A stretch of DNA of 64,000 bases from an uncultured Solirubrobacterales bacterium (GTDB taxonomy: Bacteria; Actinomycetota; Thermoleophilia; Solirubrobacterales; JBBDJG01), in the NCBI GenBank assembly GCA_963785085.1, contig CAWAUD010000007.1, forward strand, positions 28,613-92,612. Reading direction: 5' to 3'. Under the pieces are notes generated by a model that saw only the letters and a list, made by a program, of their open reading frames with translations, did not search any database and was not told the origin of the DNA. Numbering within the stretch: position 1 is the stretch's first letter; the number at the start of each line of letters is the position of its first letter. This document shows positions 22,202 to 32,814 of this stretch, in pieces. A program made the position numbers and the translations under genes.

Positions 22202-22952
22202 ATGGTCGATACCCACTGTCATCTCGATGCCTGCGAGGAACCGGTCCCCGAGCTGGTCCGCAATGCGCGCGAGGCCGGCGTCGAGCGGATGCTCGCGATC
22301 GGGATGGACAGCGGCTCGTGCCGCCACGCGCTCAGCGCGGCCGACGACTTCGAGGAGGTTTTCGCGTCGGTCGGGCGCCACCCGCACGAGTCCGAGGGCT
22401 TCGACCAAGCGGTCGCCGACGAGCTGGAGCTCTTCGTCGAGCATCCCAAGGTGCGCGCCGTCGGCGAGGCCGGCCTCGACTACAAGCGCGACTACGCGCC
22501 CCGCGACGACCAGCGCCGCGTCGTTCATCGCGCAGATGGAGCTGGCGCGCGAGGCACGAATCCCGCTCGTCGTCCACACCCGTGAGGCCGCGGACGACAC
22601 GCTCGAGCTGCTCGCGAAGCACGCGGACGGAGTCGAGGTGATCATCCACTGCTTCTCGCTCTCCGACCAGCTGGACGAGTGCATCGAGCGCGGCTACTAC
22701 TGCTCGTTCGCGGGGAACGTCACCTATCCGAAGGCGACCGACCTGCAGGAGGCGGCGGCGCGCGTCCCCGACGAGCTGATCCTCGTCGAGACCGACGCCC
22801 CGTTCCTCTCTCCCCAGGAGCGGCGCAGCAAGCCGAACGAGCCGGCGTTCGTGACGTCCACGGCCGGCTTCCTGGCCGAGCTGCGCGGCACGCCGCTGCA
22901 CGCGATGGAGTCGATCCTGGACGGCAACGCAGCGCGCCTTTTCGGCTGGTGA
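22202..22952 (+). CDS. tatD: TatD family hydrolase (frameshift near 22520)
   Basis: [40 protein letters not shown]. Confidence 0.92.
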
Positions 22953-23767
22953 GCGAAGCGCGGGCGAGCCGCGAGCGGCTCGAGCGGCACGGGATCTCAC
23001 CGAACCGCGAGCTGGGCCAGAACTTCCTGGTCGACGACAACATCCTCGGCGTGATCGGGCGCCTCGCCGAGCGTGCAGCCCGGCGACGTCGCACTCGAGA
23101 TCGGCGGCGGGCTCGGGAGTGCTGAGCGCCTACCTCGCGCCGCGCGTCGCCCATCTGCACGTCGTCGAGACCGACGCGCGTCTCGCCCCCGTTCTCGAGG
23201 AGGCGCTCGCCGGTGCGCCCGCGACACTCCATGTCGCCGACGTGATGGACCTCGACCTCTCGGCTCTGGACCCGGCGCCCGACAAGGTGATCGCCAACCT
23301 GCCCTACGGCGTCGCGGTACCCGCGCTTCTGCGGACGATCGCCGAGCTGCCGCAGGTCAGCCTTTGGTGCGTGATGGTGCAGCGGGAGATCGCAGACCGG
23401 ATCGCCGCCGCTCCCGGCACGCGGGTCTACGGCGTGCCCTCGGTCCAGGTGCAGCTCGCCTGCGAGGTCGACCGCCGTGCGCGCCCGTCTCGCGCACGAT
23501 CTTCCGCCCCGCCCCGCACGTCGACTCGGCGATCCTCGTGCTCCGCCGCCGCGGGCCGGCCCCGTCGCCGGCGGTTCGCGACCTGGTGCGGGCCGCGTTC
23601 GCGCACCGGCGCAAGGCGCTGGGCGGCTCACTGGCGCTCGCCACGGGCGATCCGGCGGTGCGCGACCGGGCCGAGCGGCGCTCGAAGAGATGGGCCACCC
23701 GCCCGACGAGCGCGCGGAGCGCCTCGCCCCCGAAGAGTTCGCCGACCTGGCCCGGAGGCTCGCTTGA
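22949..23767 (+). CDS. rsmA: 16S rRNA dimethyladenosine transferase (frameshifted)
   Basis: LGQNFLVD, LEIGGGLG, IANLPYG, MVQREIADRI, FRPAPHVDS, AFAHRRKAL. Confidence 0.92.
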
Positions 23768-24624
23768 CCGCGCCACTCACCGAGCGCGCGCCGGCGAAGC
23801 TCAACCTCTGCCTCTACGTCGGCGGCGTCCGCGACGACGGGCTGCACGAGATCTGCTCGATATTCGTGCCGCTCGACCTGGGCGACGACCTGCGACTCGA
23901 GCCGGGCACCGTGGCCGACCAGGTCATCTGCCCCGGGGTGCATGGGCGCAATCTGGCCGAGACGGCCATGGGCGCGTTCCGCAAGCGCTTCGAGTGGGAC
24001 GGGCCACCGGTGCGCGTGACCATCGAGAAGCGGATTCCCGTCGGCGGCGGGCTCGGCGGCGGGTCCGCGGACGCGGCGGCGACTCTGCGCCTGATGTGCA
24101 GGTCGTCCGGGCTGGAGCCCGAGCCGGCCGAGCTCGCAGACCTCGCGATGGGCCTCGGGGCCGACGTGCCGAGCCAGCTGGAGCCGCGCTTGCAGCTGGT
24201 CACCGGCGCCGGGGAGCACCTCGAGGAGCTCCAGTGGCGGCCAGTTCACGGCGTCCTGCTCACCGGTCCCCGGGGGCTGTCGAGCCGCCGGGTGTACGGA
24301 CGCGCCGACTCGCTGGAGCACGAGGACTCCCGCGTCTCTGCAATGGCCGAGCGGCTGAGGAGCGCGTGGGCCACCGCGGAGTCCCCGCTCGACCTCGGCG
24401 AGCTGCTGCACAACGACCTTCAGCCGGCGGCGACGTCGCTCGAGCTCCGCATCGGTGACGCAATCGATCTGCTCCGCGGAGCGGGCGCCGCGGTCGCGCT
24501 CGCGAGCGGCTCGGGCCCAAGCGTGTTCGGGCTGTTCGCGGGTCCCGACGAGGCAACGGCTGCGCGCGCGCGGATCGCCGCCGATTGGGATGGCGAGGCG
24601 ATCGCCGTACAGGCGGCGGCGTGA
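23764..24624 (+). CDS. ispE: 4-diphosphocytidyl-2-C-methyl-D-erythritol kinase
   Basis: APAKLNLCLYVG, KRIPVGGGLGGGSADAA, LGADVP, NDLQ, SGSGPSVFG. Confidence 0.93.
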   Translation: MTAPLTERAPAKLNLCLYVGGVRDDGLHEICSIFVPLDLGDDLRLEPGTVADQVICPGVHGRNLAETAMGAFRKRFEWDGPPVRVTIEKRIPVGGGLGGGSADAAATLRLMCRSSGLEPEPAELADLAMGLGADVPSQLEPRLQLVTGAGEHLEELQWRPVHGVLLTGPRGLSSRRVYGRADSLEHEDSRVSAMAERLRSAWATAESPLDLGELLHNDLQPAATSLELRIGDAIDLLRGAGAAVALASGSGPSVFGLFAGPDEATAARARIAADWDGEAIAVQAAA

Positions 24625-24639
24625 CACACTGAGCGCGCG

Positions 24640-26103
24640 GTGATCGAGCGGCTGATAACCGACCTCGGCCACAGCCTTGGCCACTGGGCCTACCTGCTGG
24701 TCGCGTTCTGCGCCATGGCCGAGACGGCCGCGTTCGCAGGCTTCATTGCCCCCGGAGAGTTCGCGGTCATCTTCGGCGGCGTGCTGGCGGGCGAGGGAAC
24801 GCTGAACGTCGTCCTGCTGGTGGGCGTCGTTTGGATCTCATGCGTGATCGGCGACTCGATCGGCTTCTACCTGGGGCACCGGCTCGGCCGCGCGTGGGCG
24901 GTCAAGCACGGGCCGAAGGTGCGCCTCACCGAGGAACGCCTGGCCAAGGTGGAGTCGTTCTTCGGCCGTCACGGCGGAAAGGCGATCGTGATCGGGCGGT
25001 GGGTCGGCTTCGTGCGCCCGCTGATGCCGTTCACCGCCGGCACGTCGGGGATCAGCTACCGCAGGTTCCTTCCCTACGACATCATCGGTGCGGGCCTGTG
25101 GGGAACCACGTTCACGCTGCTCGGCTACATCTTCTGGCAGAGCTTCAGCCAGATCACGAGCATCGCCAGCCGCGCCGCGCTCGCCTTCGGGGTCCTCGTG
25201 GTGCTGGCGCTCGGCACGCATCAGGCGGTCAAGCGGCTGCGCACCCCCGAGGATCGCGCCCGCGCCGCCGCCTGGTTCGAGCGCCAGGCGCAGCGGCCGG
25301 TGCTGCGGCCGGTCGCCGCGGTCGTGCGGCCGCTGTGGCGCTACGTGCTGCATCCGCTGTGGCGCTTGATCGCCCCGCCGCTGCGGTTCGTGATCGACCG
25401 GCTGCGGCCCGGGGGCCTCGGGATCGAGTTCACGACCATCACCGCGATCTTCGTCGTGTCGATCTACACGGTGATCCTGCAGATCGGCCTGATCGAGGAC
25501 GGCAAGAGCATCACCGGCGACAGCTGGGCGCTCCACCTCGCGCGCGACATCGAGATGAGCGCGCTGACGACGCTCGCCGAGGTGGTGAGCTTCTTCGGCC
25601 GCCTGTATGTGGTGACCTCGGCCGTGCTCGCGACCGCGCTTGCGCTGCTGATCAAGCGGCGAGTCTGGGAAGCGGCGACCCTGGTCGCGGGCTTGATCGT
25701 GACCGAGGTGTCCGTCCAGGTGATCAAGGAGGCGGTGGAGCGGGCGCGGCCCGCTGACGGCCTTGTCGGCGCGAACGGCTTCTCATACCCCTCCGCGCAC
25801 GCAGCGATCGCGGTCTCATATCTCGCCATCGCCGTCGCGGTTTCGCGCCTGGTCTCGCTTCCCTACCGCCTCGCGCTCGTGCTCACCGGTCTCGGGATGG
25901 CGATCGCAATCGGGGTCTCGCGGGTTTACCTGCGTGTGCACTATCTGAGCGATGTCGGCGGCGGCTGGGCGGTGGGCCTGGCCGCATATTCAGGCTGCGC
26001 GATCGTGGCGATGCTGGCCGTCTACCTGCGCGATGCGTTCTCCGATCGGGAGCGCTCGCCGGCGGCCGCGGGCGACGTCGCATCGCGCCGTGCAGGCGGC
26101 TAG
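24640..26103 (+). CDS. Bifunctional DedA / PAP2 phosphatase membrane protein
   Basis: GFIAPGE..GDSIGFYLG..GRWVGFVR (DedA); K..ERARP, SYPSAH, SRVYLRVHYLSDV (PAP2). Confidence 0.9.
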   Translation: MIERLITDLGHSLGHWAYLLVAFCAMAETAAFAGFIAPGEFAVIFGGVLAGEGTLNVVLLVGVVWISCVIGDSIGFYLGHRLGRAWAVKHGPKVRLTEERLAKVESFFGRHGGKAIVIGRWVGFVRPLMPFTAGTSGISYRRFLPYDIIGAGLWGTTFTLLGYIFWQSFSQITSIASRAALAFGVLVVLALGTHQAVKRLRTPEDRARAAAWFERQAQRPVLRPVAAVVRPLWRYVLHPLWRLIAPPLRFVIDRLRPGGLGIEFTTITAIFVVSIYTVILQIGLIEDGKSITGDSWALHLARDIEMSALTTLAEVVSFFGRLYVVTSAVLATALALLIKRRVWEAATLVAGLIVTEVSVQVIKEAVERARPADGLVGANGFSYPSAHAAIAVSYLAIAVAVSRLVSLPYRLALVLTGLGMAIAIGVSRVYLRVHYLSDVGGGWAVGLAAYSGCAIVAMLAVYLRDAFSDRERSPAAAGDVASRRAGG

Positions 26104-26113
26104 CCTCCGCACC

Positions 26114-26371
26114 TTGGACAGCCTCACCGCCACGTACGTGATCCTCGGCACAGCCGGCGTCGTCGGCCTTGCCGCCTACGCGACGCTGATACTCGTCCCG
26201 GCCTGGACGGCCTACGGCCGGACCTGGGAGCGGGTGTGCGCTGCCTTCCTGACCCTGTTCGTGCTGGCTGCATTCGCCGGCTGCGGGGTCCTGCTGGGAC
26301 TCCTGATCGTCTATTACTGGGACCAGATCCTGGAGTTCCTGCACCTGCAGAATGCAATCCTGCTGTTCTGA
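26114..26371 (+). CDS. Small two-TM membrane protein
   Basis: TTG start 7 nt after TAGCCT; two hydrophobic helices around PAWTAYGRTWER. Confidence 0.7.
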   Translation: MDSLTATYVILGTAGVVGLAAYATLILVPAWTAYGRTWERVCAAFLTLFVLAAFAGCGVLLGLLIVYYWDQILEFLHLQNAILLF

Positions 26372-26386
26372 GCACTCTGTGCGCCG

Positions 26387-27629
26387 ATGGCTGAATCTCG
26401 AACCAAAACCCCTGCAAAGATGGGGTCCGCGGAGCGGGCTCTGGCACTCGACGCCCTCGCCGAGGCGGTCGAGTCCGGCGCCGGCCTGCCCGAGACCGCC
26501 CGCCGCGCGGCTGCGGCGCTGGGCGCCAGCGTCGCGCTGATCGACGCCCGCGGCGCGGTGCTCGCGGTCGCGGCCGGCGCGCCGAGCGAGGAGAGCGCGC
26601 TGCTGTCCGTGCAGGACGGCGTGACGTCGATCGACCTGCGCGTGTCCGAGTCGCTCGTCGGCCAACTGCGCTTCCGGGCCGCGAGCGAGCTGCCCGAGCC
26701 GTCGCTCCTGCGGATGGTCACGACGCTGCTCGCGCTCGAGGTCGAGCGCACCCGCGCGCCGGAGCGGGCCGGCGAGGCCGCGGTCGGAAGCTTCCTGAAA
26801 GCGGTTCTGGACCGGGAGATCGGCGATCGGCGGGACCTGATCGCGCGCGGCAAGGAGCTCGGCGTCGACCTCGAGGAGGGCGGCAGCGTGCTGGCGGTGG
26901 CGCCACACCCGCGTGTACCGGCCGAGGGCGACTGGCAGGCGCGGGCACTCACGATGGCGGCGCGCGCGGCGCGCGGAATCGTGGCCGGGTCGCTGGCTTC
27001 CCTGCGCGGCGAGCCACATCGCGGTACTGGTGCCCGGGGCCGACGAGAACGCAGCCCGCCGCGCCGCCGCGGGGGTGCTGCGCTCGCTCGACGACTCGCT
27101 GCCCGGCTTCGCGGTCGTGGTCGGCTACAGCCGCGTCGCGCTGGACCCCATGGACCTGCACCGCGCCGCGGCCGAGGCGCTGCTGGCGGCCAACGTCGCC
27201 GCGCCGGACGCCGGCCCCGAGGAGCGGCTGATGTCGTTCGACGACACCGGCGCCTACCGCCTGCTGCTGCCCGCGATGAGCGATGACCCGGCAGAGCTCG
27301 AGCGCTTCTACGCCGACACGGTCGCGCCGCTGCTCGCATACGACGAGCAGTACGGCACCGAGCTGGTCCGGACGCTCGAGACCTTCCTCGACAACGACGC
27401 CTCGATGGCCGCCACCTACAAGCAGCTCTTCACCCACCGCCACACCATCCGCTACCGCCTCGACCGGGTGCGCGAGCTGACGGGCCTCGACGTCAACTCG
27501 ACGGACGGCCGCGAGCGGCTCGGGCTCGGCCTGAAGGCGATGCACGTTCTTGGAGTGCGCGCCCCGAGCGCCCCGGTGTTCGAGCCCGGCGCCGAGAGCG
27601 GGCGCGTGCCGAAGCCTCCGCGCCACTGA
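26387..27629 (+). CDS. PucR/CdaR family transcriptional regulator (frameshift near 27010)
   Basis: C-terminal PLLAYDEQYGTELVRTLETFL..LFTHRHTIRYRLDRVRELTG HTH. Confidence 0.88.
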
Positions 27630-27686
27630 CGCCGTCGACCGGCGGGCGAGCGGCCTAAGCTTGCCTGGCCGGCCAGGCCGGCCCAC

Positions 27687-27757
27687 TGCGGAGTGGTCTA
27701 ATGGCAGGACGCCGGGTTTTGGTCCCGGAAGTGAGGGTTCGAGTCCTTCCTCCGCAG
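27687..27757 (+). tRNA. tRNA-Gln (anticodon TTG), CCA not encoded
   Basis: Acceptor stem TGCGGAG/CTCCGCA, D-arm GTCTAATGGCAGGAC, anticodon arm CCGGG-TTTTGGT-CCCGG, T-arm GGTTCGAGTCC. Confidence 0.95.
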
Positions 27758-27765
27758 CCTTGCTG

Positions 27766-27942
27766 CTACGCGCGGTCTCGCCGTAGCAGCCAGCCCGCCA
27801 GCGCTCCGAGGATCGCTCCCGCCTCCGGCGCCAACGGGACATCGGTCAGCACGCTCACGAGGACGCCGAGCGTCAACCCGACGACAGCGCCGATCGCGAT
27901 CGCGGCTCCAACGGTCAGGCCGGGTTCGCCCGGGGAATCCAT
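27766..27942 (-). CDS. Small hydrophobic membrane protein (58 aa)
   Basis: MDSPGEPGLTVGAAIAIGAVVGLTLGVLVSVLTDVPLAPEAGAILGALAGWLLRRDRA*. Confidence 0.6.
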   Translation of the reverse strand: MDSPGEPGLTVGAAIAIGAVVGLTLGVLVSVLTDVPLAPEAGAILGALAGWLLRRDRA

Positions 27943-27971
27943 CCAGGCACACTAACGCCGGCGATAGCGCA

Positions 27972-28010
27972 GCCGGGCGGGGGCCCGCGGACGCGCAGGC
28001 CCCCTCCGGC
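27972..28010. terminator. GC-rich hairpin downstream of the repeat-protein gene
   Basis: GCCGG..GGGGGCC-CGCG-GA-CGCG..GGCCCCC-TCCGGC inverted repeat; no U-tract. Confidence 0.45.
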
Positions 28011-28067
28011 ATCTGCCGAGACCCGGGCGGTCAGCTATCCCGCCGGTCCCGGTCAGCTATGTGAGCG

Positions 28068-29510
28068 TCACCTGACCAAGCGCGACACCCTTGCCTTCGT
28101 CCGCTTGCTGGACTTCGCCCGCTTGCTGGACTTCCTGGCCTTCTTGGACTTCGACTTCGCCCGCGAGTGCGACACCTGGCTGTCACGCCCGGAGAGCTGG
28201 TTCGACTGCTCGTTCTCGAGGCTGTTGTACGTCGCGGCGTCGCCGCCGTTCGCGTACGCGTCACCTCCGACCGACTCAGCCTTGTAGTCGTCCTCGACGA
28301 CCTCAGAGGGGCCGCCGTAGCCACCCGTCGCCTCGCCGCCGGCGCCGCCTGTCGCGGTCGCCGTCTGCGTGTTCGTGGTGGTGTTGCTCTGGTGGCACTG
28401 GTCGTTCCCGTACGTGTTACCGGTCGCCAGCAGGTTGCAGATGGCCGAGTTGTTGAAGCCATCCCAGCCGTAGCCACCAGACCCCGAGCTGTCACGCCCG
28501 GAGATCTGGTTGGACTGCTCGTTCTCGAGGCTGTTGTACGCCTCGGCGTCGCCGCCGTTCGCGTACGCGTCGCCTCCCCACGAGCCGGCCTGCGAGCCGT
28601 TCCCGACGACCTGCACGGGCCCGGCGTTGCCACCGGTGGCCGAGCCGCCGGCGCCACCTGTTGCGGTGGCTGTCTGCGTGTTCGTGGTGGTGTTGTCCTG
28701 CCTGCACTGGTTGGCACCGTTGGTGTCACCGGTCGCCAGCTGGTTGCAGACCGCGGCGTTGTTGGCGCCGCTCGGGTCCGACACGCTCTCGTCGGACCCG
28801 TAGCCGCCCGATCCAGAGCTGTCGCGCCCTGAGATCTGGTTGGACTGCTCGGTCTCGTTGCTGTTGTACGCCTCGGCGTCGCCGCCGTTCGCGTACGCGT
28901 CGCCTCCGACCGAACTGGCGTGCGAGTCGTCGCCGACTACCTGCACGGGCCCGCCGTTGCCACCTGTGGCCCTACCGCCGGCGCCACCTGTTGCGGTGGC
29001 TGTCTGCGTGTTCGTGGCCGTATTGCTCTGGTGGCACTGGTCGTTGCCCTGCGTGTTGCCGGTCGCCAGTTGCTTGCAGACGTCGGTGTTGTTGTTGCCT
29101 TCCCCGACGTAGCTCCCCGGGGAGCTGTCGCGCCCGGAGATCTGGTTCGACTGCTCTGTCTCGTTGCTGTTGCCCGCCTCGGCGTTGCCGCCGTTCGCGT
29201 ACGCGTTACCTCCATACGAGCCACCGCGCGAGCCGTTGCCGGTGACCTGCACGGGCCCGGAGTTGCCACCGGTGGCCGTGCCGCCGGCGCCAGCCGTGGC
29301 GGTTGCTGTCTGCGTGGTGGTAGCGACGTTCTCCTGTCTGCACTGGCCGGCCGCGTTGGTGTTGCCGGTCGCCAGCTGGTTGCAGACGGCGGAGTTGTTG
29401 GTGCCCGGTGGGCTGGTCAGCAAGCTGTTGCTTGCCGCCGCGCCCGCGGGGAATGCCATTGCAGCCGCAATTCCCCAAGCCAGGACACCCAGCTTGAATC
29501 GACATTGCAT
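28068..29510 (-). CDS. Secreted Q/N/G/T/A-rich protein with four ~100-aa repeats and a basic tail (amyloid-like candidate)
   Basis: Signal peptide; 4 x [NNxxxCxxLATGxTxxxxQCxQxN..TQTATATGGAGGxATGG..GGDAYANGGDA..NSxExEQSNQISGRDS]; K/S/R-rich tail; SD GAGAGGA. Confidence 0.85.
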   Translation of the reverse strand: MQCRFKLGVLAWGIAAAMAFPAGAAASNSLLTSPPGTNNSAVCNQLATGNTNAAGQCRQENVATTTQTATATAGAGGTATGGNSGPVQVTGNGSRGGSYGGNAYANGGNAEAGNSNETEQSNQISGRDSSPGSYVGEGNNNTDVCKQLATGNTQGNDQCHQSNTATNTQTATATGGAGGRATGGNGGPVQVVGDDSHASSVGGDAYANGGDAEAYNSNETEQSNQISGRDSSGSGGYGSDESVSDPSGANNAAVCNQLATGDTNGANQCRQDNTTTNTQTATATGGAGGSATGGNAGPVQVVGNGSQAGSWGGDAYANGGDAEAYNSLENEQSNQISGRDSSGSGGYGWDGFNNSAICNLLATGNTYGNDQCHQSNTTTNTQTATATGGAGGEATGGYGGPSEVVEDDYKAESVGGDAYANGGDAATYNSLENEQSNQLSGRDSQVSHSRAKSKSKKARKSSKRAKSSKRTKARVSRLVR

Positions 29511-29597
29511 GGTGATTCCTCTCGTACTTCGAGTTCTCACTGCTGCCGGGCGTCTCAGGGCCCCCGGCGCGGCCCGGAATCACAAGCCGGATGTCGG

Positions 29598-30376
29598 CTA
29601 ACCGGGCAACTCGATCGGAGAGACGTAGGCCGACGGCCTCCAGGGGGCCGCGGGCATACGAAAAGCCTGGAAGCGGTGGTTCGGAAGCACGATCGCGACC
29701 CCCAGCACCGCAAGTACGAGCAGTATCAGCCCCGTGCCACCCCCGCCGGAGCCGCTCAGGAGGCTGAAGAAAGGATCCGGGCTGGGCAACTGGCCGCCGC
29801 GGCCCGGCACGCCACCGTTCGACGGCGAGGACTTCCCTGGTTCGTGGCCGCTGCGCTGTTTGTCTCCCCTGGGATGACGCGATCTGCCTTGCCCGACTCG
29901 CGATGTGCCGACTGGAGCGCTTCGTGGTTCGGGCCGCTGCGCGGTCCGAGTCCCCGCCGTTTGGGGCTCTGGACAACGAAAGTGTCCTGGCCGTCCGACA
30001 CGAAGCCGTAGCGGTCGCCGTTACCTCCCGAGCTGGACGAATAGCTGTCACGCCCGGAGTTCGACTGCTTGCTCTCGAGGCTGTTGTGCGACTCGGCGCT
30101 GCCGCCGTTCGCGCTGGCAGCGCCTCCATGCGAGCCGCCGCTCTGCGCGGGACCGGCGTTTCCACCGGTCGCGGTGCCCCCGGCGCCTCCGGTCGCGGTC
30201 GCCGTCTGCGTGTTCGTGACGGTGTTGCTCTGCGGAGCGGTCGCCGCGGGCTGGCTGTAGCCAACTGGCCCGGTCGTACCGGAGGTGTCGGCTGAGGCAG
30301 GCGCGGCGGCGGCGAGAAGCAGCGCTGCTGCCAATGCGATCGCGCGAAGCACTATGCCTGAAACCGGCGCCGACAC
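29598..30376 (-). CDS. Secreted, C-terminally membrane-anchored protein with one copy of the same repeat (frameshift near 29840)
   Basis: Signal peptide ..APASA-D; QSNTVTNTQTATATGGAGGTATGGNAGP..ANGGSAESHNSLESKQSNSGRDS; second frame gives TM GLILLVLAVLGVAIVL and ends RPSAYVSPIELPG*. Confidence 0.7.
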
Positions 30377-30541
30377 TCGACGAAAACCTCGGAGTTCGGA
30401 GGTACCGAAACGTCGCAGGCAGGCGCACCAGCGTCAATCGAATACGTGTTGATGTTGACAGCGCCTGACCAGCCCCTGGACGGCGCCGTGGGCCGGCGTT
30501 AGGGTCGGGAGGCCTCGCGTCACACGAGTCTGGAGCGCGCC

Positions 30542-32772
30542 ATGTCCTCTTCGCCGTCCTCTTCCCGGAATTCGACGACCCTCGCGGGCCGGATGGGTCG
30601 CTGGAGCGCGACCCACCGCAAGGCCGCGATCCTGGGCTGGTTCGGCTTCGTGATCTTCGCCATCTTCGTCGGGATGACCGTCAGCCCGAACAAGATCACC
30701 GACGTCGACGGGTTCAACGGAGAGTCGCACCGCGCCGAGCAGGCACTGGACCAGTCCGGCCTGCGGCCGACGAGCGAGGCGGTCTTCATTCAGAGCAAGG
30801 ACCTGACGATCGACGACCGCCAGTTCAAGGCGGCGGTGCAGGACGCGACGCGCAGCGTCGGGAACGTCAAGTACGTGCGGAATGTCGAGTCACCGCTGCG
30901 TGGAGGGGGCCAGGTCACCACGGACGGCCATTCGGCGCTCGTGCAGTTCGATATCGCAGGCGACTCGGTGGAGACCGCGGATCGTGTCGATCCGGTCCTC
31001 ACCGCCGTCGACGGCGTCAAAGACCGGCATCCCGCAGTGCTCGTCGAGCAGTTCGGTGACGCGAGCGCCAACAAGGCGGTCAGGGACACGATCAACGACG
31101 ACCTCGCCAAGGCCGGAGAGCTCTCGATACCGATCACCCTGATCATCCTGCTCTTCGCCTTCGGCAGCTTCGTGGCAGCCGGGATACCGCTGCTGATCGG
31201 GATCACCTCGGTGATCGCCGCCCTGGCGCTGGTCGGGGTTCCGAGCCAGGTCTTCCCGATCGACGACAACCTCTCCGCCGTGATCCTGATGATCGGCCTC
31301 GCAGTCGGCGTCGACTACTCGCTCTTCTACCTGCGGCGGGAACGCGAGGAGCGGCGCTGCCGGCCGCAGTCCCGAAGACGCGCTTCAGGTCGCTGCGTCG
31401 ACCTCGGGACGCGCCGTGCTGATCTCCGGCTTGACCGTGATCGTCGCGATGGCCGGAATGCTGATCAGCGGCGACAAGACCTTCATCGCATTCGCGGTCG
31501 GGACGATGCTCGTCGTCGCCATCGCGGTGTGCGCCTCGCTCACCGTCCTGCCGGCGATGCTGGCCTGGCTCGGAGACCGAGTCGACAAGGGGCGGATTCC
31601 GTTCCTCGCGCGCAGGCGCGCCGGGGGCGCGCAGTCGCGGTTCTGGACCGCGATCGTCGACCGCGTGATGCGCCGTCCGGTGGTGGCGCTCGTGCTGGCC
31701 GGCGGCGCGCTGATCGCGCTGTCGATTCCGGCGCTCAGCTTGAAGACCGTCGTGACCGGCGTCGACGACCTGCCGCAGGACCTCGCCGTGATCAAGACCT
31801 ACAACCAGATCAGGAAGGTGTTCCCGACGGAGGGAGTCACGGCCACCGTCGTCGTCAAGGCGGACAACGTGCGCTCCGGTCGAGGCCGCGGCCGGGATCG
31901 AGAACCTGCGCCGCCAGCTGCAGGCGTCCATCTACCCGCCGGGACCCGACGTCACCTACAGCAAGGACAGCACGGTCGCGAAGATCGACGTCGCAACCCC
32001 CGGCACGGGGACCGACGCCGCATCCACCGACGCGCTCGACGAGATCCGGGGCGAGATCATTCCCGAGACGATGGGCGGCATCGGTGGGACGAGCGTCAAC
32101 GTCACCGGAGACGCAGCCGCCTCCACCGACTTCAGGGACCAGCTGGACAGCAGGTTGCCCCTGATATTCGCCTTCGTCTTCGGCCTGACATTCATCATCT
32201 TCCTGGTCACCTTCCGCTCGATCGTCATCCCGATCAAGGCGATCCTGCTCAACCTGCTCTCGGTTGGAGCCGCGTACGGCGTGCTCGTGCTCGTCTTCCA
32301 GGACGGACACGGCGAGTCGCTGCTCAACTTCTCCTCGAACGGGGGCGTGACCTCATGGCTGCCGCTGTTCCTGTTCGTGATCCTGTTCGGGCTGTCGATG
32401 GACTACCACGTCTTCATCCTCTCGCGGGTGCGCGAGCTGCACGACCGTGGCATGCCGACGGACCAGGCGGTCCGTGAGGGGATCACGGCGACCGCGGGCA
32501 CCGTCACCAGCGCCGCGTTGGTGATGGTCGGCGTATTCGGCGTCTTCGCCACGCTGGACTTCCTCGACTTCAAGGAGCTCGGGGTCGGACTGGCGGTGGC
32601 GGTGCTCATCGACGCCACCATCGTGCGGGCGGTTCTGCTGCCCGCGTCGATGCGAATTCTGGGCGACTGGAACTGGTATCTGCCGAAGTGGCTCGAGTGG
32701 ATCCCCCGGGTCCGCTCGGAGGACGAGGTGGCCCCTCCGTTCGAGGACGACACAGCAGCGGCTCCCGTGTAA
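30542..32772 (+). CDS. MMPL/RND family transporter (frameshifted)
   Basis: IGLAVGVDYSLFYLRREREE, LFGLSMDYHVFILSRVRE, LIDATIVRAVLLPA. Confidence 0.9.
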
Positions 32773-32778
32773 GGCCTG

Positions 32779-32805
32779 ATACCCCCCTAGGGTATGTGCT
32801 AGCCT
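32779..32805 (+). promoter_or_regulatory. CsoR-type operator adjacent to an extended -10
   Basis: ATACCCCCCTAGGGTAT (TAC/C-tract..G-tract/GTA) at 32779-32795, then TGcTAGCCT; csoR lies two genes downstream. Confidence 0.8.
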
Positions 32806-32814
32806 CGCAATCGA

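Noticed and set aside
28100..29420. Near-identical DNA repeats as a CRISPR array or non-coding repeat locus
   Set aside because: Units are ~300 bp, in frame and vary mainly as codon changes; no unique spacers or cas genes
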